A stretch of DNA of 64,000 nt from Macrostomum lignano (taxonomy: Eukaryota), in contig NIVC01000586.1 of assembly GCA_002269645.1 (NCBI GenBank), forward strand, positions 210,490 to 274,489, given 5' to 3'. Both the position numbers and the translations under genes were made by a program. Below the pieces are notes generated by a model. It was not told the DNA's origin, did no database searches, and saw only the letters and a list, made by a program, of their open reading frames with translations. The number at the start of each line of letters is the position of its first letter. Positions within the stretch are counted from its first letter, which is position 1. Positions 35,001-46,885 of the stretch are shown piece by piece.

Positions 35001-37334
35001 AGGAAGCACGGGCAGAGCAGCTCACAGCGCTTACCTGGCAGTTGGCCATCTGCCTGCACTTGAACAGCATGCAGCAGCCCGACTGGATGGCTGGCAAGCC
35101 GTTTTCGACCAGAACGGAGGTGAGCAGCAGGCGACACGGCTTCAGGCTCAGCTGCTTGTGCAGCATGTGGGCGTAGTAGAACACGTACCGGCGCTGGGAG
35201 GGGATCGTCACACCCTGAGGATGGCATTGGGGGTATGAGTCACACCCTGAGGATGGCATTGGGGGCATGAGTCACACCCTGAGGATGGCATTGGGGGCAT
35301 GAGTCACACCTTGAGGATGGCATTGGGGGCATGAGTCACACCTTGAGGATGGCATTGGGGGCATGAGTCACACCTTGAGGATGGCATTGGGGGCATGAGT
35401 CACACCCTGAGGATGGCATTGGGGGCATGAGTCACACCCTGAGGATGGCATTAGGGCATGAGTCACACCCTGAAGATGGCATTAGGGCATGAGTCACACC
35501 TTGAGGATGGCATTGGGGGCATGAGTCACACCCTGAGGATGGCATTGGGGCATGAGTCACACCCTGAGGATTGCATTGGGGGCATGAGTCACACCTTGAG
35601 GATGGCATTGGGGGCATGAGTCACACCTTGAGGATGGCATTGGGGGCATGAGTCACACCTTGAGGATGGCATTGGGGGCATACATGCGCAACAGTCGGCC
35701 GAGTCGGCCGATCCGGCCGACTGATTTGGCAGCCAACCAAGGAAGTCGCAAAAATGCCCACCCGAAATACCCCCGTAGTAGTACTAAGTAGCTGACGAGG
35801 CATTTTTGCCTGATAAGACAGTCATAGTTACTCCCGCCGTTTACCCAAAGTTGCGTTAATTTTGCTTTAGGGTTTTTTTACATGTAAGTCGCATTTTTAG
35901 CCAAAAACTACGTCGCATTTTTGTTAAAACTAAGTCGCACGGCCGACCGAATTTTGGACGTTGCACATGTATGATTGGGGGCATGAGTCACACCCTGAAG
36001 ATGGCATTAGGGCATGAGTCACACCTTGAGGATGGCATTGGGGGCATGAGTCACTCTAAGTGTTGCATTGGAGCTATTATCACACTCTGACCCACCTTTT
36101 TATCGTGGGTCCGCTTCTCCCCATAGAGCTGCATGACCTCCTCCGCTGTTAAAAACTTCGGTTGCTGGCCGTGCAACCCGTGAAAGCTTTCGAACAGCAG
36201 ATAGCAGCAGACCATGGCTCCCGTGCGGCCCTGGCGTGCCAATGGTGACAGAAATTATTTATAAACTGGGCAGGTTTGCACCAAAAGTTAAAATGTTGCT
36301 GCTCTATTCGTATAAAATCTAACACTACTGCTGAATCTCATCCTTGAGTTTCAAATCTCACCATTGAATAACAAATCTCACCATTGATATCAAATCTCAT
36401 CATTTAATATCAAATCTCACCATTGAATAACAAATCTCACCATTGATATCAAATCTCACCAGTGAATACCAAATCTCACCCTTGAGTTTCAAATCTCACC
36501 ATTGAATAACAAATCTCACCATTGAATATCAAATCTCACCATTGAATATCAAGTCTTATCATTTAATATCAAATCTCACCACTAGTATGAAATCTCAGCC
36601 TTGAATATCAAATTTGAACTGTATGTATCAAATCTGACTGTTGGACACCAAATCTCACCCTTACGAACCAAATCTCACTCTTAAATATCAAATCTGACTC
36701 TTAGATATGAATTTTCACACTTGTGTATCAAGTCTCTACCTGAGGTTTAGCAATTATCTAAGTGCACCCTACCCCAGTCCCATTTCAACTCGAGTCCCAA
36801 AGGCTCACTTTTCCCGCCTTGCAATGAATCGCAGCCACATAATCCGTGCCCTTCTTCAGCCAATTGTAAACGGATTCGCAGAAGCTGGGAATGATGTGAA
36901 TAGGCGGCGGATTGTGATCCCGCATGGGGAACTGCTCCACCCGGCCTTGAAACTTCGCCGAATCGTAAGTTCGCTCCACGCATCTGGAGGGGCGGAAAGT
37001 GGCGGCGAATGCCTGTACGAGTACACTACTTTGCTGTCTCAATATGTCTGTCTGTGTCTTTCTGTCTGTCTGTCTGTCTGTCTTGGTTTCTGTCTGTCTG
37101 TCTGTCTGTCTGCCTGCCTGCCTGCCTGTGTCTTTCTGTCTGTCTGTCTGTCTGTCTGTCTTGGTGCCTGTCTGTCTGCCTGCCTGCCTGCCTGTGTCTG
37201 TCTGTCTGTCTGTCTGTCTGTCTTGGTTTCTGTCTGTCTGTCTGTCTGTCTGCCTGCCTGCCTGCCTGTGTCTTTCTGTCTGTCTGTCTGTCTGTCTGTC
37301 TTGGTGCCTGTCTGTCTGCCTGCCTGCCTGCCTG

Positions 37335-37383
<49 letters not shown>

Positions 37384-37444
37384 TTGTATCTGTCTGTCTG
37401 TCTGTCTGTCTGTCTGTATGTCTGTCTGTCTGTCTATCTGTGTA

Positions 37445-37476
<32 letters not shown>

Positions 37477-37902
37477 CTGTCTGTCTGTCTGTTTGTCTGT
37501 CTGCTGTCTGTCTGTCTGTCTGTCTGTCTGCCTGTCTGTCTGTCTTATTGTCTGTCTGTCCGTCTGTACAACAGCCCCTAGTTACGGGAGTAACTCACAG
37601 ATTATATACGCAGTACTTCTTGGCGTGCCTCTCCTCCAGAAGTCTGAAGTGCAGAAACCAGTGCAGATAAATTAAACATTTATACAGGTGGTCTAAATTC
37701 AGGGCACTGATTGCACAAGTTTCGAATTGGTAACGGACCTGACAACTTCATCAATATTGTTCCGAAATAGCCGCTCCAGAGTGTCGGCGGGGACGCCCAT
37801 CGCGATGATTTGCGGAGTGATGTAGGACAGGTCCAAGTTGAAGTCGTCCTCTGTGAACCGCTTCTTCTTCTTAGAAACCATCTGGCGCAGAGCTCTGGCC
37901 AT
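32020..37902 (-). CDS. PTEN: PTEN phosphatase homolog, 7 exons, about 473 aa
   Basis: Exons are 37739-37902, 37599-37643, 36809-36983, 36096-36230, 35035-35214, 34133-34468 and 32020-32406, all GT-AG and in frame. Motifs: [20 protein letters not shown] loop, HCKAGKGRTG P-loop, [12 protein letters not shown]2 domain PIPVCGDFK...[12 protein letters not shown], and a C-terminal T-A-L PDZ-type motif. Confidence 0.95.
32440..34090. repeat. 20/22-bp minisatellite (GATTAGATGATTAGCACACACT) in PTEN intron 6
   Basis: About 78 units. Confidence 0.96.
34560..34972. repeat. 21-bp minisatellite (GGTCAGACAGACACTGATGCA) in PTEN intron 5
   Basis: About 19 near-perfect units. Confidence 0.96.
35207..36056. 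repeat. 32-bp minisatellite built from the PTEN exon-5 3' splice junction
   Basis: The minus-strand unit ATGCCCCCAATGCCATCCTCAG|GGTGTGACTC equals the real acceptor plus the first 8 exon nt. About 17 units, interrupted by a MITE. Confidence 0.9.
35681..35971. mobile_element. MITE of about 290 bp inserted in the PTEN intron-4 minisatellite
   Basis: Terminal inverted repeats TACATGCGCAAC / GTTGCACATGTA (one mismatch); subterminal GTCGGCC repeats. Confidence 0.65.
36330..36710. repeat. 20-bp minisatellite (AAATCTCACCATTGAATATC) in PTEN intron 3
   Basis: About 18 degenerate units. Confidence 0.9.
37040..37566. repeat. (TGTC)n microsatellite in PTEN intron 2
   Basis: Direct reading. Confidence 0.97.
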
Positions 37903-39774
37903 GGCGAGCCCTCAGGTTGGAGAACAGTCTGGTTCGCAGCCTTGCTACTGGACTCGCCAATGCAAGGGCTGGCAGGAGTCAAGGTGGGAACGCTGTACAT
38001 GTACTGTTGCTATGCGAACAGACAAAATTATATACTATTTTATATATTTAGTACAATAAGCAAACAAACTTAATATGCTTATAGTTTCCACCTTGATTGA
38101 GTTATAAATATACTTGTGGTTTATTTCTCTCTGAACTATTCAATTGATAATACCAAGTTGTTGCAGTGCTAATAGTTTTTATCTTACTATTAAGCCACCA
38201 AAGCTGTAACAAATGTGTTCATTCTGCCTTCTAAAATAATCCTCCAATTATCACCAAGCTAAAATACAAATAGGGTCTCAATTTATACATTTACTTCTAC
38301 AAATAAACTATAAAATGTATCTTAATACATTTCTAGTAGTAGTTCTAATATATTCTAGTATGAGCCATCTTATTAGTACATATAGAATTTATAATCTTGC
38401 TTGGGCATTATTGAAATTATTATCTCATGGCATTATTCTTAATAATTATATTTCTTTGTATGGACTTTGTTGAACTCTCTCTCTCTTTCTATGTGTGTGT
38501 GTGTAAATCTCTTCAAATTATTCTAGAATTCTCTTACTCAGAATAAACTATACTATAGGCCTAACTATAAATAACTTGTTTCAACCCCAAGGTTAACTAG
38601 GCCCTAGGCAAGTTTGCAATTTGAACTAGCAAATGACTGAAGAGTTTAAAACCCAAGGGCCTACTTAAGGTTTTATCAAAGTTAAGTTAATTAATCAAAA
38701 TATGCTCTTGTTTATAGCCATTTCCCTAATTTATTTATAACAAAAAATAATTCATTGATATATTTGGCATATAAAAACAAAAACTATAGTCTAGTGTCTG
38801 TTTTGCACAATTTCAAGAATTCAACTTGATTAAAATGAAATTCTATAATTGATTACCATTGCATCATAACATTAGGACTTTTATATTCAAACAAAAATAA
38901 GTCAATAAATAAAGTGTAAGCCTAAGTTGGCCATACACCAAGATGGCCACAATATTGAATCTCTATTATATCTATTCTCTTTCTACTATTAATTAGCAAT
39001 ATAACGGCTATTGTTATATTAATTAATTGTTTAATCAATCATATTAATAAATACTAATGCAATTTTATTTATTAGAGGCAGGGGGTTGTGTGCACCCTAG
39101 TGCACTTTAGGCAACATAGGCACACAACCAGCGAGAGGCATTACTGCCCATTCCGCCGACTCCCCTGAGCAGGCATACAAGCGCGCAGATATGTACGCAG
39201 GCACACACTCACACAGGAGTGTACAGCGGCCCTAACTTTATCAATTGTTAGGCATGTACACTTCACTGTGCCTTGGGGGGGGGGTTTTAATTGCACGAGC
39301 AGAGCCAAGCCGAGATTCCAATTCAGCCCCAAATTAATGTGACTGCACTTGGAATCGAGCCTGGGTTGCTGGCACACCAGAGCAGCTGTGCTACTGCTGG
39401 GCTACGGCCCCCCCCCCTATACTGATGCAATAATTAGAAATTAACTAGCAATCTTCGCCCCCCGTTGGGGGACATCTGGATAGAATCTCTGTTCTCTACA
39501 AGTAACAAAAAGACAGCCAAATAAAGCCTTCACAAAGACAACAGAAGAACTACTTAAATAAAGTGTAATGCAAAAGAAATCATCCCCCAGATAGCAAGCA
39601 TTCCCCAGATAGAAAGCATCCCCCAGATAGCAAGCATCCCCCAGATAGCAAGCATCCCCCAAATAGTAAGCATCCACCAGACAATAAGTAGCTAGTGCAA
39701 CAATTTCCTTAGCTCTATAGTGGCTCCTTTAAAATTGGCATGACGCTTACTTTTACGTTTGAAATTGTGTATCT

Positions 39775-40290
39775 TTTATGTTTGACATGGCGGCTCTTTA
39801 ATGTTTGACATGGTGGCTCTTTAATGTTCGACATGGTGGCTCCTTTATGTTTGACATGGTGGCTCTTTAATGTTCAACGTGGTGGCTCCTTTATGTTTGA
39901 CAAGGTGGCTCTTTAATGTTTGACATGGTAGCTCCTTTATTTTTGACATGGTGGCTCTTTATTGTTTGACATGGTGGCTCTTTAATGTTCGACATGGTGG
40001 CTCTTTAATGTTCGACATGGTGGCTCTTTATTGTTCGAAATTGTGGCTTTTTAATGTTCTACATGGTGGCTCTTTAATGCTCTACATTGTGGCTCTTTAA
40101 TGCTCTACATTGTGGCTCTTTAATGTTCTACATATTGTGGCTCTTTAATCTTTGACATGGTGGCTCTTTAATGTTTGACATTGTGGCTCTTTAATGTTCT
40201 AAATATTGTAGCTCTTTTATGTTCGACATGGTGGCTCTTTAATGTTCAACATGGTGGCTCTTCTATGTTTGACATTGTGCTTCTTTTATG
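39775..40290. repeat. 23-bp minisatellite (ATGGTGGCTCTTTAATGTTTGAC)
   Basis: About 22 degenerate units. Confidence 0.92.
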
Positions 40291-40679
40291 TGTAGCAGTT
40301 TTGTGTTTTTAATGTGTTTTAATAAAAAAATCTTTTGCACTACTAAGATTCGAACCCAGGTCACTACATTAGCATCCCAGTCTATTCGCATCTGGGCTAT
40401 CTCTTTTCATTTGGAGAACATGAATTGTGGCCCTTATATTTCAATTCTTACAGCAAGTCAATTAGAGTAGAAAGTTATGACATAATCAATTTCTCAGTCA
40501 GCCAGTATCAGTCTCAATTCAAGTTAGCAATATGGTTACGCAATTTCAATCAAGTCTTGTGTGCGTTTCTGTGGCACTGTTTTCAACTTGTTGTGATGCA
40601 ATCTTTATCACAATTGTAATTCAGCCAGTCAGTTTTTTCTCTAGCATTCTTACAATGCATTTCAAGTCAAAAATTTGGC

Positions 40680-40880
40680 TTGACCTTTGCAAAAAAGCAT
40701 GTTTTTCGAATATTTAATCCCTTTAACATTGAGCAATTTCTTAGCCAAGATGCATGTACCGTCCCAGGAAAATTTCTGATCGAATGGTGCAAGTTTGAAG
40801 AAAATCGGTTGAGCCATTTTTTCTGAAATCTATCGCATAGCTAGTTAGTTACAGACATTTCATTTTTAGTATATAGGATT
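40680..40880 (+). mobile_element. Possible non-autonomous Helitron/Helentron-like 3' end, with a second diverged copy near 50610-50750
   Basis: AAATCGGTTGAGCC...ACAGACATTTCATTTTTAGTATATAGGAT resembles such ends as I recall them. CATTTCATTTTTAGTATAT recurs near 50725-50743. Confidence 0.35.
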
Positions 40881-41743
40881 TGAAACAATATTTGAAACTA
40901 ATTACCTATAATATAAAAACTTTATTTTTTTTCTGTTTTTGCTATTGCTAATGTAGCAATAATGCTAGCAGTTTCAACCCATTTCAGCAAAATAACTTTT
41001 GGCAATAGTCAATAATGACAAAACATACTTTCACAATTTTGTCTAAAGCTGACTATTTGGCAAAAGATTTGTTCTAAGCTTTAGTGAAGGGTTTTGTTGT
41101 TTTAAAAGAAAGTTAAAAAGAAAAATGACAAACTTTATAAAGACAATTTTTATTGTGATATGTTTTTGTTCTGTTGCAGTTTATTTCAATTGTTTTATTA
41201 GTAGGTGCCTAGCGCCATTCTATTACAGCAGGATTTCAAAGCACAATTTTAGGAACTAGAAGTCTAGAACTAAAAAAAACACATTGTCATCATCAGTCAT
41301 CACTAATCTATAAATTTCATATTGATAGATTGCATATACATAACATAGCTACTAGCAAAGTTCATGAGTTATTTAATTTTCTAATTGCAAATAATTTGAA
41401 AAACAATTTGCAAAAATGAATAATTTATTAAAAGCTTCAATCACCAAAGTGATAAGCCTATATTTGCAATTATATACATAGCTGATCTTTTTACCAAACT
41501 GGTCACTTTCTTTTACCAAAATATAGGCCTATATCTATTTAAACTAAAAATTCACTTTTGCCAAAGTATCTTTCACCAAAATTTCTTTCATTGAAATGGG
41601 CTGCACCTATGCTAGCTATACAAAAAATGTGATAAATATACAACAAAATATTTATTTTGTACTAGGTTACTTGCTTTATATAGGCCTATTTATCCAATAG
41701 GCCTATCTATAGGCCCCTAGGTCAGGCAGGCTAGGCCTACAAT

Positions 41744-42503
41744 CAGTGGTGTGATTGGCAAAAGGCCATTTTTTTCGCGCCTCACAAAAAAATTTGCGCC
41801 ATTGTTTACTAGTTTAAATAACATGCTAACTACATAAATGTACATGTAGAAAACCCATATTTTTATGGTTTTTGCTTCTTTTTTCCAGCACTAAGGATCA
41901 ATCCTTGCTGTGGCAGTACTTTACCACTTATAAAAGTTTGGCCTGCACAACTAAAAAGTGAGCAGCAAATGTCCTTGGACAAAAATGGGTGTCAAAACTT
42001 CATAGTATTTGATTTCTAAACTTTTTTGAAGGACACTCTGGGGTAGGCAATGGCTATTCCTAACTTCCTGCTCAACAGCCTTCCATTTCAGCACTTGCTT
42101 AGCAATTCTTTCAGCTTCCTTCAATTTCTTCTGCTGGAGCTTGCATTTCTCCTGTCAAAGCTGTTTCAACTCTTGATCCTTCTCCTTGTTACGAGTCAGC
42201 TCCAGCAGCAGTCGTTGGAGCTCTCTTCAGTCTGCTTCCGTTTTGACTGGATCTCGTCTTCTTTCATTTTCAGCTGCTGCTCCAGATCCAATTTGCATGT
42301 ATTGTACACCATAACATAAAGTTTAAATTTGAATAAAGCGTGCGTGAATAGACTAAACGTGATCAGTTCATCAGTAAAAAATGAAAATTCGAAAATTGAA
42401 AAACTGCGCCTCTGCTTGACAAAAATTCGCGCCTGCCCTCAGAAATTGCATATTTGCACCTTTTTTGCACCTGGCGCGAATTCGCGCCTCAATCACACCA
42501 CTG
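41744..42503. mobile_element. Non-autonomous hAT element, 760 bp
   Basis: Perfect 13-bp TIR CAGTGGTGTGATT / AATCACACCACTG and perfect 8-bp TSD CCTACAAT (41736-41743, 42504-42511). Confidence 0.92.
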
Positions 42504-44009
42504 CCTACAATAAAAGCTACAGCCAAAGGGAATGATTATAATGTAATACAATTTATTTATTTATAGCATCTATCTCACTAATTACTACCAATAGGAAATG
42601 AATGAAATATATAGACCTGGGCTTATTATTTTCTATTTAGACATTTAGAGCTGTGGCTAGGCCTATCTAGGTATGTGGCTATCTTGGTCATGCACCATAA
42701 ATAATTGTGTCAATCACTTCCCATGAAAATGGGAATTTGGTTTCATGATGAAATAAACTTATAATGACCAAATCTTAGGCCTAATCAATTTTAAAACCCA
42801 TTTATACCCTCTCCCTCTGGCCTGCCTACATCAAAAAGGAAAGAAAAGCAGGCAGGCAGGCAAAGGATAACGATCCTTGTCTCTTTGAAAAATAGACTAG
42901 AAAAGACGACTAGGAAAAATAGACTAGAAATTGAATGATTACTAGACATCTTAACTATTTTTATAATTGACTTCAACTTGTTGATGAAGTCTATTTATGC
43001 AGTTTTTAGAATTTTAATATCACTTAAAAAACCCATAATTGGTCATTCTTTGTTTCTATTTTAAGGTGTATCTGTAATTTTAATCAGTTCTATTTAAACT
43101 GTCGATTACCAAAACAGCAAAATAAACTGATATTCTTTAACGCTCGGCTCATGTGCCATAGCATTGCGCATTTGCGCACATTGCATTAAGGCCAAACTGG
43201 CTGGCTAAGAAATAAATATTAAATAGGTCCGCGATAGCATAGTCGTCGATTGTTCATTATCAATGTGGTCGTGGAACTCACGAGCACGGTCGATCGTGAT
43301 TTCCAGGAGAGTGGATGGTTTTTAAATCTGATCACTGAGTCATAAAGTTGGTCTATTAAAGAAGTAACTATTAAATTAGGTGAGCGCTGAATCAGCCTTA
43401 GTTTAATTTACTACCTATAGCTTCTGTCGACAGAAAACTCAGTGGCTTTTTTAAATAAGAATCTACGTTGTACTTGTTTTAATCTACAGATTCACAAGGA
43501 CCTTGAGACTTTTCATATTACCAATTCCAGAATCAGAGAATAGGTTCGGATCTTCCAAGAAAAACAGCAGCATAACTATTTAATTCTGTTGAATGTTTGA
43601 CATGCCTTAACAACCTCACTTAGCACAATTTTTCACAATTTCTTCTTGGCGATTGTCATTCAATAATAAAAACATTATAGCATGTATCTCCCTCTAGTTA
43701 TGGAGACAAAAAGTTTTGTTACTTCACAAATTGGTTCTGTTTCTGGAACCAGAACAAGCAATATGAAAAGGCCCCTTGACTAACTATGAATCGTGATGTG
43801 TTGATTTTTTGCGCTAAAGAATTGCCTATGGCAATGTTTGAGTTCATATTTTTATAGTGTAAGTGCTGCGTCTCATATTAAGTTTCACAAAATATACAAG
43901 TCTGAGGTGCGATTCATCTGTTATTCAATTGCGAACCTCCGCAATGCAACTCGCGGAGACAATCAATTCTTCTGACTGTTCGTCCACTACATGTACTCGT
44001 ATGGTATAT

Positions 44010-44085
44010 ACCAGTCGTTTCGGTGACAAGTCGTTTCGGTGACAGACGTTCGGTGACAAATAGTCGTTTCGGTGACAAGTTGCTT
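44010..44085. repeat. Short tandem GTCGTTTCGGTGACAA repeats
   Basis: Four copies. Confidence 0.8.
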
Positions 44086-44439
44086 TTGTGATGGACACAC
44101 ATCATTTTTGATGAAAAATTAAAGATTTCATGAGTATTGACATTTTAGTGATAAGAGAGGCACTTCAATATTAGCTTGTAGTTATTTATTTCCTCAGTGC
44201 CACCACGCGGCCCCGCGACTAGCTGGCACCCCCAACATCGTGATTTTTCTATCAAGGCACCAAACCAGGCATGTCTGCATATTATACAATGCTTTTGCAC
44301 CGTGTTAAATTGGAGAGTTACAGATTTAACTCGCGACTGAATAATATAAAATATATTTAATTTGTCAAAAATGATATTACAGCAAATTCAAAGCAGAAGG
44401 ATCTGAACACTGACACATACACAATTAGGCTGAGTCAAT

Positions 44440-45048
44440 TGTCACTATTTAATTTGGTGCACAACGTAGGCAGTAATGGTGACTCACTGTCTTTTCCATT
44501 GCAGTGTGTATTCGGCAAATTTCCTTTGTCACACATGCAACACTTCCTTGTTGTTGCACTCAAAGCTTCTCGTCCTTTGACTTTTGTCTCGCGCATGTTG
44601 CACAGCGCTTTCTGCCACCAACTGACACCACAGCCGCCGCTTTGCGTGCCTGTTCCTTCAGTTGCTCGACGTTGATTCGACAACCTGCGAGCTGGAACAT
44701 CAGCCTGTGATGATTGGACAGATTCTGAAGAAGAGCGGCCGATTGAGAGCGCTCCTCGATCAGAGGTTGCAGAAGTTGCGCAGCTGCCTTGCGCTGGAAC
44801 TCGTTGCAATAGTTCGGCGAGGCGCAGAGCTCCGGGTGCGCCAGTCTCCAGATAGCAGCGGCATTCACAGCTGCTATGTTGAGTATGCCGCCGGAGAAGA
44901 TTGCCTTCTCACATGAGTCGGACTTTCGCTTGCAGTCGGATGTGCAGAACATCCTGTTGCAGGTGTCCGTGCCACTCCTGGTAGAATTGTAAATACGCCA
45001 AGCAGCGTACGCCAACTCGCCAAAGTTAATATTAACAATTGTTGGCAT
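44440..45048 (-). pseudogene. piggyBac transposase C-terminal fragment
   Basis: IYNSTRSGTD (third catalytic Asp region), CKRK...FSGGILNIAAVNAAAIW, and a Cys-rich tail KRCATCARQKSKD continuing in another frame as RKCCMCDKG...HC. The N-terminal part is absent. Confidence 0.8.
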
Positions 45049-46885
45049 AACGCCGTAACCTCAGACTCTTATTATAAAATCATAAAAACCGTAAAACTCG
45101 TAAGATGAAAGTACGTTCATAACTATGATCGTGATTTATAAAAATTTAAAATTCCACGCGAACTAATCGTGTAATTTTCTTAAAAAAACTTAAACAAAAA
45201 ATTGATTTTTGTTGGCATTATCTGTAAGCCAATTTACTTTAAATGAAAACCACACATTTGATAAATAATTTATAAAAAAAATTTGTCGCAAAGCCTAGAA
45301 AACCTGGTGTAAGTTCCTAGGACCTTGGCGCACGTTTCAGTATGAAGTGGCGTAGATTTTTTGGGGGACTTTTTATTCCGGCGTATACCATGACATGATC
45401 CTGACTATGCGGTCATATTGGCTCGTAGATGAAGCAAGCGATCGTGACAACATACTGGTATATATTGACGTCAGCCAGTTCCAGCACCAGCGTAAGCGGA
45501 TATGGAAATTGTATTATATTGCGAGTTGGAGGGGGCCGATCGACCTGATGAGGCAGGACTCTCATATCGGAACAACTGAATCGTACCTGCAACTGATTGC
45601 AGGTATACATGTAAATATACATGTAAATGCGAATTACTCGTAATTCTGCACGATTCCGATTTTAAACTGGAGACCTGCAACTGCAGCCCAACATATCCAT
45701 TTCTATCACTTTTGTTCACCTTCTTAACTCCGGCGGCAATCAATATACGTGCAAGATTAAATGTGAGAGAGGCCAAGTTTTAAATTCCCGCCTTTACTAT
45801 GGAAACGTATATTTTTAGAATTTTGTTTAAACGCGTCTTGTTCCCCACCCCAATTTTAGTATAAATAGAAGCGAATTTTGTGCCCAGAGAGGCAACCGAA
45901 GTTTTAGATCTTTTGGTTCATAGGCGAATTGCCTATAAAATTGAAGAAGCGTTCCAAACCTTCCTTCATTTGCTAAAAACTAAGAGCGAATGCTCATTGG
46001 ACTAGCGGTGGAAATTACCAAGAGCAAGAGACGAATTGTCGAAGAGCCAATAGCGTACTAGCAAAGAGCAGGGGCGTAATCAGCCAATAGAAAGAGGAGA
46101 AATATCCAAATAAACTGTTCGAACTGAACAACCAATGGAAAGTCGTATATGACAAAAGAAAATCCGTAAGAGGAAATTGAAATTCACCGGGCAAACTCGA
46201 TCCATTGGAGGACGCTGCTTTAGGACTTAGTCATCCCCCTCTCCCCCTAGCTGAACAGTGTCTTACCGCTCGGGCACTGCGCGCTACCAGGGCAATCCGT
46301 GCTTACGTGAAAGCCCATAGCCTTACCTCAGTAACACCGTATTTTAGTAGTTCATAACGAATTCAATAAGCTAATATAATAAAATTCTAGAATTACAGCC
46401 AAACCCCACCCCCCCCCCCTTCAACAACTTGGTGGCACAGTGAGATAAAATTCAATAACAGTAAAGAGACCTATAACAACTTGGTGCATCGATGGGATAG
46501 TTTATAATAATTAAATCCACCTCCCACAAATGGAACAAAATTTTACCAGGATAGATGGACTGCGGATTGTTTGAATCAAAAAGGAACACTCCATCACAGT
46601 AATGAGGCCCAGTAATAATGAATAAACAAGTGGCCAAATTTTATGTATATTTTAGAGAATTTTTACTAAATTTCCGTTCTCGGGGAAACTTGAGCCTTCA
46701 AAAGTTTCCTAGAAATGAAGAATCGCCATCCTGTGGTCCAAGTGGTCGAAGCAAAATAGAGTAGCTAATTTTTCAACAATATAAATGCTCAAATGAAAGT
46801 ACAGTAAGAAAAACTAATCCAAAGTGATACAGAGCTACTCATTTTTCTCTGCTTTCACTCGCAGTTACCACGGATTTCAAGCTCG

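Noticed and set aside
45960-46200. Cluster of CCAAT boxes
   Set aside because: No adjacent start codon or gene model to link it to.
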